Shown here: piece after piece, positions 19,937-42,400 of the stretch
Position numbering within the stretch: position 1 is the first letter of the stretch
Layout of the letters: every line of letters starts with the position of its first letter
Assembly (NCBI GenBank): GCA_030141605.1
Contig: JAQGDQ010000600.1
Coordinates: forward strand, 67,768-131,767
Length of the DNA stretch: 64,000 nucleotides
Reading direction: 5' to 3'
Source of the DNA: Tubiluchus corallicola
Lineage: Eukaryota > Animalia > Priapulida
The notes under the pieces: generated by a model
Told to the model about the DNA's origin: nothing
Database searches by the model: none
The model's input: only the letters and a program-made list of their open reading frames with translations
Made by a program: the position numbers and the translations under genes

Positions 19937-22900
19937 ATGCCTTTGTTCCACACAGTAGACAGGTAAGTACAAGTAGTTTTTTAAATCTAAAAGTTACAAT
20001 GCCGTTTTAGGCCTATAAATGGCACGGATCAGTGGCTCTTTATTTCACTGTAACAGTTTATAATGATTGATGAGTTGAGGTATTGTTGTAATCATTCATT
20101 CATTCATTCATTCGCTCAGCCTTTCTTTCTTTCCCTCTTCCTTCATTTCTTTCTTTCCTTCTTTCTTTCTTAAATTTCATTCATTCATTTGCTTTGTTTA
20201 CTTAATTCCACCCCCATTTCTATGTATACTGTGGGTTTTTTTTTATCGTTCAGTACTATCATCTACAAATTTATCATCTAAAATACCACCTGTTTACAAA
20301 TTGAAATTCGAAATGAAAAACGCCCCAAAACTATTCATATTTTGAAAAGAGTCCGAAGACCAAACAACAACAAAAACCGAGTCTTTTTTCGGGCTGTGAC
20401 TTTCCATATACACAGATTATACCAGGGAGTTTTAAAGCAAAAGAAAACACTTTTCATAAACAAAGCTTAAAAATTCGTTTTAGAATTTCATGTCACTTAC
20501 ACGCTGTCTTACTACGCACAGAGCTTATGAAACTTGTAAATTTAAACTTCCGCGATGACTTTTTGGCACAGCCATTTTGACAATAAGTCGTTTGAAGCGA
20601 GTTTAGATAAAATTTAGAATAATAATCAGAGCATTCGTAGTCCACTGTTCACCGACTAAGCAAAAGTATAACGTACTTTACTTGTCAATAAAATCAATAA
20701 TGGGTTTTTGGTGAGTCAGTGGGTGCATACTGGGATTGTGATACAGTACCGTTCTGCCAGGTGGCACAAAGTAGTTACATAACTAGTTACTACCTTTCTA
20801 GTTAGATAAGTCTTTCAAACAAATGTTATGAGTTGGAGTTGATTACAAAAACACGGTGAATAAACGGAGATGCATTTGCGACATTACTTCATTTTTATTG
20901 CCAGTGAACACAAAATAACAAAAACAAAACATCGGGGCTGTCATCCTATCACTTTTTATTCTCTGATCGTATAGTATAATAGTGATTTGTATCTGTATAG
21001 ATTATATATTGATTTAATCGATTCGCTTTTTATTTAATTAATTGCTACAAGGTGATTCATCACCTGGCTCCGAGGGCTTTAGATGAGTCTATCGGGCAAT
21101 AATTTTGTCCCTCAAGACTGACACTTCGACCTCGCGTTGTGAGTAAGGTCTTTGTCCCTCAAGCTATCTAGCGTTGCTCCCGCAATTGAGCTTTATTTAA
21201 TTAATGCACTGCGAATCTACAGGATCGTATCTCGGATTTAGGGTTGCTTAACTTTGAACACTCTAAAGCATACATGAACTCATCAGTTACGTTTTAAAGT
21301 GAATCAAGTTTATTCGTTTACAGAATTTACTTCTATCTAGGTAGCTGCACAAGATTTGTCCTTACACGCTTGTGGGCGTTTACAACTAATGTATAGCTGC
21401 AGAAAGATACTCAAGCAATTCACTTAACAATTAATTAGTATGCTGCACTTAAGGTGCTTAATACAATGTGAACTACAGTTATGCAGAGTTACTCTCAGTT
21501 ACTAATGCGTTAAGATTACTTAACTCGGTGAAATGACCACAATGCAGCTCGTACACATGGTCAACTCCAATGGTATTGTGAGACTTTCGTTGATCCAGTG
21601 CCCAGTCGATTTGCTGAGGACGTAGAACTTTCCACGCTGGTGTCAAACGATATGGTCTCAGCTCCCTGTCAGATTCTCTGTGACGTCGTGTCGCCTCTCT
21701 CCCTCTGTCTGGCTCCTGACTCGCTCCTGACTCTCAATGACCGCTGACTGACGCCTCGTGTTCCCAAACTCAGAGCTTATATCCCGAAGAGCTTGGCCTT
21801 GCGAAATTCGGGCGACAGGTGACATCCCTGGATTACCCTGGTATCCCCTGCCGGGCGATTTATGGTCAGCAAGGTGGCCTTCGTATTTTTCTGCTCCGTG
21901 GGAAAGATCCCAATTGTCGGCGATTCTTCACAACTTCTTCCCTTGACGCCGATCTCTTCGAACGCCGATACAAGCTTGGCGTCGGCCATAAAATTCTCTT
22001 CCAAAGAAATTTGCCTATTGCGACTTTTTTTTGCGACTCTCAGCAAACGATAAAAAAACACCTCTGTGGAATAATTTGCTTCTCATTAAATCCGTGCTTA
22101 CCAGCTGGATGAGTTCCTCTATTAATCAATAAATTTATCTTATCAAATCATCAAATCAGGGAGGCATATATTTTATCTCCAAATTATCGATTCATAAATT
22201 TCTTCAAGACAATCCTGAACAACCGACATTACTTCCACCTCAATAACGACTAACTAGGTCAAAAGAAAGTTACAAAACACAGGTGAGAAGCCAACCTGGC
22301 GCTGAAATTAGAATCGGCAAGCACGTCATAACACAGGTAAGAACAACGCTTTAATGTAACTTGTAAGGAAAGTTTTCTTGGAATATACATGTATTTTAGA
22401 ATTCCCTTTTCTTCCTCTTTGACATTCGGTCATACATCCGCATTGAAAACAACTAAATCATTTAATTTCCAGGAATGACCTAAAGAAAGGTGATCACATA
22501 TATGTATGGAGGAGTGTGAACTATGCTCACCATGGAATATACATCGGTAACGATGAAGTTATTCACTTTACTGGACCCTGCAAAGAACGCAAAAGAGAAG
22601 CACGCGTCCATCGCGATTCTTTGGACGAATTCCTACAGGGTGGAACATTGAAAAAGTACGAATACGATTGTTCAATTCTTGGGGTGGGAGCAAAACTTTC
22701 AGGTACCTGTTGCGTACTCGAAAGAGATCACCTAGGAAACATTGTCAAAAGAGCTGAAGAGTTTTACGAAAAGCAAGATTATACGGAAAAATATGGCGAA
22801 TACCATGCTCTGAACAATAACTGTGAGATGTTTGCACTGACGTGCTGCCTGGGTGAAAAAATGAATAATGACAATCCTACGAGAAGAGGAGTAATGCCAG

Positions 22901-23019
22901 GACCACGACAAGGCATGACTGGGACACCAGTCCTGGAGACGGTTGCATACCCTTACTTTGCACTGATGCGCACGGCCTCTGCTACAGGCAGTTATTTGAA
23001 CACTTTGTTTAAAAAATAA
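19937..23019 (+). CDS. LRAT/NC-domain protein (permuted NlpC/P60 acyltransferase/phospholipase family), 190 aa
   Basis: join(19937..19962,22473..23019): MPLFHTVD-R (phase 2, GTAAGT..TTCCAG)-NDLKKGDHIYVWRSVNYAHHGIYIGNDEVIHF...YHALNNNCEMFA. H-box, VIHF His and NNCE Cys are all present. Confidence 0.88.
20583..20765. repeat. Dispersed repeat (second copy ~51705-51890)
   Basis: Shared AAGTCGTTTGAA..GTTTAGATAA..AATAATCAGAGCATTCGTAG..TTTTTGGTGAGTCAGTGG. Confidence 0.65.
21106..22333 (-). mobile_element. Possible solo LTR in the LRAT-domain gene intron
   Basis: Minus strand starts TGTTATGA, has TATA-like TATAAG (~21780) and AATAAA (~21312), and is GC-richer than its flanks. No TSD found; the left boundary is uncertain. 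Confidence 0.35.
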
Positions 23020-23180
23020 TAGATTTGTACAAAGTCGTTCATCAGCCTTAGCCAGAGTTTAAAAAAAGAACAATTACCCAGACTACAATAATAAAACATT
23101 CAAGAAATTCTAATGTCTGTGATACAAGTTTGGAAATAAGATCTGGTCTGAGACTCGCAATGGTTATGAATGGCAAATTA

Positions 23181-23332
23181 AAGTAGTCAAAATGCCCTTA
23201 AGGTCCCGAAAAATCTTCATTCTTTTCTTCAAAAGTTTTCCCCCACTTTAGAAGATGAAGTCTGTGAAGGACTAAAGTTTCTGAAAGACAAAATAAAGAA
23301 TCTTTGAGACCTTAAGGGCAATTTGACTTCTT
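23181..23332. mobile_element. Palindromic MITE-like element between convergent 3' ends
   Basis: AAGTAGTCAAAATGCCCTTAAGGTC ... GACCTTAAGGGCAATTTGACTTCTT inverted repeat. Confidence 0.65.
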
Positions 23333-23725
23333 ATACTATTTATGATATAATTCTTCTTTTATAAAGTCAACTGTTATGGTGAAAAAAGATTCAGGTTAAT
23401 TTTTTATGTAAATTATTTAAGCAAAAGCCAGTATTATTGAAGTTTATTTTGGATATTACAACATTTGTCGTGATTTGCACATTTGTAAATGTTAGTAGTT
23501 CATAAAGTTTTGAATATTATAACAGTTCAATAACTACATAAAATAGATATTGCCAAATCTCTAGTCTGCCGTATTAGCCTAGCTACGGCTAATGTTTGTG
23601 TGAAAACGGATTTTAAATAAAATATTAATACGACATGACATGATGTATTTTCGTTTTCCTTCACGTACTAAAGTTATCTCACGATGCTTTAACTTGTTAA
23701 AATGGTTCGACAGTAGCTTTAAAAA

Positions 23726-33902
<10,177 letters not shown>

Positions 33903-34495
33903 GGTAGTATGTTACTTAGTCTTGTTCGCTCCTGTAGAGTAGCCCACTTTATAATGTTAAAAGCGTCATTATGCTATTAGAAAGCTAGTTAAATTTTGAA
34001 TCATTATGGTACGAAAATATTAAGGTACGAAATTGGAAGCAAAAAACTGAAACAGAATAGTTTTACAGTCCTAACGTTCAGTATTTTATTGGAAGTAAAA
34101 TTTTTTTCCTTTTTTGCTTCATTTACTGTGGTGCTTTTTTCTATCACTGCATCTATATTATTACATGTATTAGTATATCTAATTTTAAACTAATATTTGC
34201 GAACCAGTAAATTGTAGAAAACCTTCTTTTAGACAAGACTTTACTTAACTCTTGCCGAAAATTAGTAATTTTAAAAACATCTTACCTTTGATAAAGATAG
34301 TATGCAAGCTTGAGACATTACCTGAGTGCACGCTATGCAGCTACGCCAAGGCCTGCACAAAACAAATGTTTGCACATCACTGCAAGCAATCCTAGATTAT
34401 TATGAGTAACCCTCAAACTGCATTAAAAGGCATTTAGAACCTTAGTGATATTAGCAATCCTTGCATTTAGATCACAGAATGTTTTGTTTGCTGAT

Positions 34496-34828
34496 ACGGC
34501 GCATTGAGACTAGTGAGTTTTCTGAGGTGAATTTTCTCTCTGACAGAAACTCGCAAGTGTGAACAGCTTTGCGAGTTACTGTCGGCAAGAAATTGCTAAC
34601 ACTTCGACAATTCTTGTCTCGACGAGTTGATTTACTGTCTAGTGTGATCGCCTCAGGCGTGGGGAGTTACTTTCTACATTCTCACAACGAATGTCAGTCA
34701 ACTAGTCAGAGAAATGAGTGTCAACTAGCACTTACTGTTGGAGAGTAACTCGCAGCACGTTTTGCTTTCCAGTCTGAACACGCTTGCGAGTCACTTTGCA
34801 AGAAAACTCGTTAGTTTGAACGCACCGT
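34496..34828. mobile_element. MITE with imperfect TIRs
   Basis: ACGGCGCATTGAGACTAGTGAGTTTTCT / AGAAAACTCGTTAGTTTGAACGCACCGT. Confidence 0.55.
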
Positions 34829-36265
34829 TTCTCTCATAATGATGAGTTGAGAAATTTGTGTTGCCAGGAAGTAATAAAACCCGCTTTGCGCATTTGAGGG
34901 TTAATCTACGTAGAAGGTCACTTGAGGCTTTTCACGTTTGTTACCGTGCATCTTAGGCTCAAATTTTCATTTTCACATTAAGTGCAATATTCTGATTCGC
35001 TTCGCTTCGAACACGAATTTCAAGAAAGCAGGCTCCGCAGTTGAAAAATGGAAACTGTTTGCTGTGTAGAAGCAAGCTAGTGTGGACGAAGCTTTGATAA
35101 AAGTCGAGCCAAACTCGTGCAGTAAAAAGCAGTTTTATCACATAGCAAAATGTGAAACTAAATTAATATAAACTAGCAAAGAACTGCAAAACATTTGCAA
35201 TTAAATCCGAAATTGGACCTATTTTAAACAGTTTGATCAACGTCGTCAGCAAAATCAACATCAACTTCATTATCATAATAGTCAACATCCTCGCCATCAC
35301 CATCATCATCATCACAACGATCGCCGTCGTTTTGCTGCTATTTTTAGCATCATCGCCGTCATTATTACCATCATTTACCGTCTAAATCATAGCTTCGTCG
35401 CCATCATTACCATCATCACCGTCATCGTCATCACCATAATTATTTGTGTTTGTATTTACAATTTATTCAAACAGAATGACTTTTGCCATATTACAACATT
35501 AAGAGAAAGTTTCACTAAAAGAAAGGAACGAAAGAGAGGCTAATGATTGTTGTCACGATTGTCAGAGTTACTGCCATCATTGCCAACATCTCCGCCATTT
35601 TCGTCGTTGACGTCATCATCGCTTTTCCTTACTACTATTACTGTTATCATCATCATCGCCATCATCATCATCACCATCGTAAAACAAACGTCAACATCCA
35701 AAATATAATCAGTCGCTGGTGATCTAAATTCTGAAATACATGTTTAGTTTCTACAGACATATGTGTGGGAAAGTTGATTAGAAAAAAGTTATCATTAACG
35801 CAGCACTAAAATTTATGCAAAAACGACTAGTACAAAGGCCATGTAACTGTGACCGAAGCCAATTTCATTGTTTTATCTGTGACCTTAGTTCTAAAGCTGA
35901 GATAGTGGCGACATATCGAACACGGCAGTGGACGGAATCGTTAAATTTAATCAAATTCTAGCAGAGCGCTGATTTGTAAATGTCGGTTAACCACGTGACC
36001 GAGCGAAGGCGCAATTTATTCACCCACTTTCTGTGTTAGATTTCGATTTGTGCAGACGTGTGACACTATTTCACCGTAGGAATCGAAATACCGCAATAAG
36101 TAATCAGGTTTTTACTGCAAATATAATTGGAGTCGATTTAACTTGTGAATGACATAAGATCTCTAAAACATTTTATTGTTATGGTAGAGAGATTGCCACT
36201 GTCATGAATAAACGATCCTATATATTAATTTCGGCTATATATATATATATGAACATATATGTATG

Positions 36266-36661
36266 CAGGGCCTATTTCAAGGGGGGGGGGGAGTGGGGAT
36301 AATTCCCCGGGGTCTCACCCTCCAGGGGGGCCTCGCGCCAAGGTAACATTTTTTTGCTTTATGCGAACATACTGCCTCCTCTCTCTCCCTCCTTCTCTCT
36401 TGCCGCACGCGCGCCGTTTGCCAGTATTGACAAGTATTAAGGACTGGTCTTGAGATTAAAAAGCAGTTTTTCTTTCAATTGTTCTTTCCTTTAACAACTG
36501 TATAACTCCATATTTTCTCTTCGAAAATGCTTCTCCGGCGTTCTAGCAGTTCAAAAATTTTCTAGGCGTCAACCATGGTAGCGCTACCCCCCCCCCCCCC
36601 CCCCGATGGGGCCTCACACGCCCCACTTCCCCGGGCCTCGCCTAGGCTGAAATAGGTCCTG
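36266..36661. mobile_element. hAT-type MITE (second copy 55986-56366)
   Basis: TIR CAGGGCCTATTTCA/TGAAATAGGTCCTG; 8-bp TSD TATGTATG. Confidence 0.9.
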
Positions 36662-38377
36662 TATGTATGGATATATATATATAACCGATATGGCTACAGC
36701 TCCAACGACCGCACTATTTACGGCGATCCATACATCAAACGAAACGTCCGGACCCACAGATTTGCCAGTGGGATTTTATTTTTCGAATCGGGCTTACCGG
36801 GAGGAATGGGTGGCGAAAAACCTACGAAAACGCCCTTTTGACCGTTTTTTGCAAAAAACTGCAAAACTTATACCTCTTGTTTCTGGAGAACGGGAACGTA
36901 CTCCACGTGCTGCTGTACTGTTTAGATGGCCCGTTTAACGATGGGTGTTATAGTCATAATTAGAATTCGGGGGAGGGCCATGACGCCCCCGTGACGGGCG
37001 TTTTCCCGGAGCCAATCACGCAAATTTTGCAGACAATTGCTCAAACAGTCTCTAGGAAAACTTAATTTGTGCAAATGTTTCGGTATGCTGGGAAAAAAGC
37101 ACACTCGCAGAAAGAGGACGAAGCGGTCTACAAAATGTCGAAGGATTTGTATCTTGGACGAAACGACAGGGGTGTATTTCGAAGTTCTTTTTCTATCCCC
37201 TCTGCTGCGTGCTACTTGGAACATCCATTGTCTTTGAGTTTGAGAAATTTCACAGCTGTTCCAGGCATTGTTGTCACCCGCCGTTCTACTGTGGTACACA
37301 CTTTACATGTAAGTTGTGTTAGCCTATTATCATCTGAGAAGCAGCAAATGATATGTGATATGGTGTGGTGTGATGTGATGAGGTGTTGTGTGGGTGGTGT
37401 GGTGTGGGTTGTGTGTTCAAAATTATGCGCAAAATTTTTTTGCCGGGTTTGGCTAGTTATAAATTAATTGGTTTCGTTATAAGATCTATGACTTCCGATG
37501 TGTGTGTTTAATATCACGCTGTGTCTAACACCCAGGGCAACCATAGACCAGCATAAAACGCTGTTGTGCCAAAAACTTTTAAATCTCATAAAAGCAGTGA
37601 ATTTTCAACATTTTTATTAGCATGAATGTCAAATTACCATTTCCCCTTCCTAAGAGAATCAATGACAAAAAGTAGAAATTTCTGATTTACTAGGCTTATA
37701 ATATGCACGTTTAAATATCGTAATGGTAGTCGATCTGTAACAGAAATAATAATAATAATTCAATCACTGATAACATTATAGAAAACAAAGTAGGTGTACA
37801 ATTATGTACCTATGCAAAAGCAGAAATAAAATAAAGGACAAGATTCGTCAAACAAATTGCAGCTTCAGTATTTCATTACAATTTATAACAAGCTAAATAT
37901 ACAAGAATATTCAAAAGTTTTCAACAAAAGGAATTAACAATACACTGCTAAGCAAAAAAGATTTACGTGTATGAATCTCCCGACAATTCTTTTTACAAAA
38001 AAAGTGACTTGGTTTGTTATACAATGTCTGTATTCAACATGAACCACAAGTTTTATTTTCAAAAATATGTGTATAATCATTATAAGATAATGATACTTAT
38101 TTCTAATACATAGTAACAAATTAATAAATTTGATTAAGAGGCATAATGTTTGTACGCAAAGACATTAGCTAATTTCAAGGGCACACACACGCATGCACAG
38201 ACAAACAAGCATACACACATACACGCGCCCAAAAATATTGAGAACAGCATTGTCCAAGTCGAAATTTTGCTTTAATATCCCCTACAGAAGTGTACACAGT
38301 ACACAGTACGCATATAATATGGATAACAACATAATTATTGTCACAAGACAATAAAATTATCAATGTTAATGTAGGCG

Positions 38378-38627
38378 TGTGTGTTCCACAAAAAACTAAC
38401 GATTGTGTGTTCGACAAAAAAAACTAACGATTTGTGTTCCGCAAAAAAACTAACGATTGTGTGTTCCACAAAAAAAACTAACGATTGTGTGTTCCGCAAA
38501 AAACTAACGATTGTGTGTTCCGCAAAAAACTAATGATTGTGTGTTCGACAAAAAACTAACGATTGTGTGTTCCACAAAAAAAATTAACGATTGTGTGTTC
38601 CACAAAAAAACTAACGATTGTGTGTTT
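38378..38627. repeat. ~26-bp minisatellite
   Basis: Unit A(5-8)CTAACGATTGTGTGTTCC(A/G)C, about 9 copies. Confidence 0.9.
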
Positions 38628-39449
38628 TTGCAACAACTAATCACAAAAACATGTGCTAAAGGTTCAAACCAAAAACGCCTTAAAAATACCATGACTGTAG
38701 ACATATAATCGATTATAATGTTTAACAATAAAAAATCCGGCATTCAGAAAAATCGATTTTTGACAAAAAAAAATGGAAAAAAGCTTTCAGTAATTGCAGT
38801 GTTTGCACACTAACAATGTACACTATCACGTGTGAGATCAGCTAATGCAGAAAATTTTAACTGTCCATCTACAACACTTTTATGTACCTTGGCCTCAAGT
38901 CTACTCTATTTTTAAGTAGAAATTTCTTTTAAAAGACGAAGAGCCCTTTTTGTTTTTGGCTGATCATTTGGTTTTTCCTGGATTAGCAGCAAAACGCTGC
39001 ACTGCTTGGGCTGTAGCAAGAAGGTGATCAATAAATTAGTGTGTACGGCCACGCAAGTGTACACCAGACTAAGATACTCAATAGGCTCAGTTGAAGTGCC
39101 TGAAAAGGGTGCTTTTCTTAATTTTATCTAGTTAAATCACTTATAAAAGTTTAAACAAATAGCCGTTTGGATAGCCGAGATTCTCCTGAATGGAACAGTA
39201 CCTAATGTGTAATCATTTAGTTATGTCTGTGCTTTTACAGTAGCAGAAAAGTCAGAGGTCTCACAAGACTGGTGCGGTCCTGACGAAAATGTGTGCAAAA
39301 CGCCTATAGAAAGATATAATAGGCTTGTTATGTAACGTTATCATTATAGTGTTTAAATAGGTGAACATTTTAATCACACCGCAGTTCTAAACACAAGCTC
39401 ACCCGATAAGCCTGCTTAGTGCTTAATGAACATGAATTATTCAAACGTT

Positions 39450-42400
39450 CTAAACACGAGCTGCTACTTTTAGATTTTGTTTACAAGAATTTGATCTAGG
39501 AATAAAGTTGAGATCAATTTGTTTGTCAGGCACCACGAGTAACTGTAATGTGGGATTCACCTCCGGCCCGTTGTACTCCAACTTATATCTTCTGACAATC
39601 TGAAACAGATAATAAAATTAGACCTTGTTGTATTTATTGTTAGTTAGTAACAATTACTTTAACCATTATAACAACCTGCTAGAAAATTTTCGCATGTAGA
39701 CAGTGGAACGGTTCATTCATTTTGGATTTAATAAAGCTCATTTCACCAAATATCTGTTTTATCCATCAAATATCCGACAAGCGTCAACTTAACAAAATTA
39801 CAGTAAGGCCTCGCTTAACGACTTCCCATTTAGCGACGTTTCAGTAAATTTTTTACTTTGCTCAAAGCCAGTTTTTATTTGATCAGCAACTTTTTTACCT
39901 TAATTTGATACATTAAAACAGTAAATATTGTGTTCTGTTCTTAAAACATGTAACATTAACATCATAATTACGTATGGTTTAAGCAACATGGATTTTTGCC
40001 TTTGGAAAACATATCCCTATTGTTTTACATTACTTTCTATGGAGTCTTTGCTTCATTTAACGACGTTTCGTTTAACGTCGCATTTTGTTGGAACGCATCA
40101 TTAAGCGAGGACTTACAGCACTTTATACATATAAAAACCTGCCAGCTTTCAATATGCTATAATATTGACATATTCAGACACAAATGTTTTTTTTTAGTGC
40201 ACAATGCGTAGACTTGGTCTTCAGTGCATACGATAGACCTAGAAAACCAAAAAATTTTGGCATCCTAAAAGCAATTTTTATCAAATTGTGTTATAAAATG
40301 TGTAGGGATATGATGGACAAATATGATCTTTGAAGGACTTTTTGAAGACAGATGGGCACATCAGAAATCCTTTTTTGTTTAGGTATAAATGATATAAATA
40401 TTAATGATGATGATGATGAAGACGATGACGATGATGATGATAATGACAACATCTAGATAATTTTTATGTTTCATCTGCAGCTGTGCTAAGAACAAACTTA
40501 GATTTACTGTAGGATCAAAATTCACTGAGCACATTTTCATGAAGGTTAGTTGAACTATTCAATACAGGAATTTTTACTTACTTTGCTCATGCCTATAAAT
40601 AATGTTTGTTCCGCTATTCGTCTCCCTAAAACAAAAATACCATAAATTGAAATGGTTATTTTGATCAACCACCAGCACCCATCAAACTGCTAATGCACCG
40701 TGCAATGCACAACTCTCGGCTTTTGGTTTAGAAATGAAATCCTTAAAAACCCATGTTGTAGAAAATTGGTCAGTTGGTCAGTTTGGCAGTCTCTCACAAA
40801 GTTAAACTAATCAGCGAACAAATCAGGCTGTCGTTATCGTAAGATAACTTGGCAAAATTATTGATTTTTTTAATTAAAAAATTATGATTATTGTTTCAAA
40901 AATTTCAATTTCCATCATTATTGTTCATGTTTTAGTCACATAAACTTTGATATTATTTGTATTATTTGTTGCCATAGCAACCAACTACAAGTAGCCAATT
41001 AGCAGTTTTATTTAATTACCTATGCACATACGAGCACCATGTCCAAATGTCAGGCTGGGTAGTTTGCTCACATAGTCGTTGTGGCAATCCAACCACCTGT
41101 CTGGATTATAAACTTCCGGGTCATTAAACAGTTCCGGGTCACGACCCATTGTGTATAAACTGGCTTGAACGTGTGACTACAAAAGAGAAATTTGAAACAT
41201 TATTCTTCTAGTTGTACATGTTTTATTATTGTTTGCCCCATTCAAGCCCCACGGTACTCTTATTTAGACTGCATGAAGCTAGTAAGTAGGGGTGAGCATT
41301 CTCTACCAGAAAGCGAATTCGAATCGAACCGAACTTCAGTGTTTCGAATTCGAACCGAATTCGAATTGAGATCGAAAGATTTTCGAACAAGTTTTCGAAC
41401 CACCAGCAAAAATTAGTCTTACAAAGATCATGCATATCACTAGATTTTGTTCTGCAATAAAACGACTAGTAATTTCTTTAAAATTGTGTGCAGAAATCAC
41501 AGCTAAATTATGCTAATTGCACGATGTTTCAATCGTTTTAGTGATAAAGAACACGTGTGATTGAAGTGCTGAATTATTCGAATCTATAGTATTGGATTCG
41601 AATCGAGTTCGAACTCGAACGTTCGATGCTCACCCCTACTAGTAAGACACGTCGGCAAGGTCGCCCCTACCAGGAGCCTTCAGTATTGTGAAAGATTTGT
41701 AGTATCTGACAAGCTTATGTACTGGTAATCGGTGCATAAGACTGCGGCAAAATTATCACTATTTTTGTACTCGAACTTTTAGATAAAAAATATGTAATTA
41801 GTACATATCCTTTGCGTGTGGGTCAAGTTTTAGTCCTGAAATTCATTTCCACAGAAAATCAGATTCATGCCTGGACAGTGGCAAAAAAATGTGATGCAGA
41901 GACAAGTCAGCTGTACTACTGACTTACTTTTTCGTAATTTGACAATACTCGAGTAGTACTGTGCGTCAAATGTAGGACCCAGATTCATTTTTCTCAAAAA
42001 TCAGCTTGAGAACCAGAACTTGGCGCAGAGACGTGGAACAGAGCTGTACTATTGACTAACTTTCTTTGAAATTTGATAGCCATTTAGTAGTATAGTCAAT
42101 TTATCTGTGAGTCGAGCTTTGGATCCAAGGCTTACTGTAGCAGAAAATCAGCAGTTTAAGGACCAGACATTGGCACTGAGATAATGATACAGAGACATGT
42201 CAGGTATACTACTGACTTAACTTCCTTGGAACTCAGTAGCATCTGAGTAGTATATCTGCTTTGCCTGTGCGTCAAGTTTGGTCCCAAGTCGACTGCCTCG
42301 GCAAATCAGCTTCAAGAGTCTTTTCTAGTTAGTAACATGAACATGGCACAGGCAATGGGGAGACAAGCATTGTCTTCCTTTTTTTAGTAACTTACTTTTT

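Noticed and set aside
36663-37467. Cluster of short ORFs in a GC-richer patch
   Set aside because: No recognisable domain or consistent splice structure; probably transposon-derived sequence.
41650-41745. Candidate CYP exon after a GCCGCAG acceptor
   Set aside because: No P450 similarity; the true exon 8 is 42396-42474.
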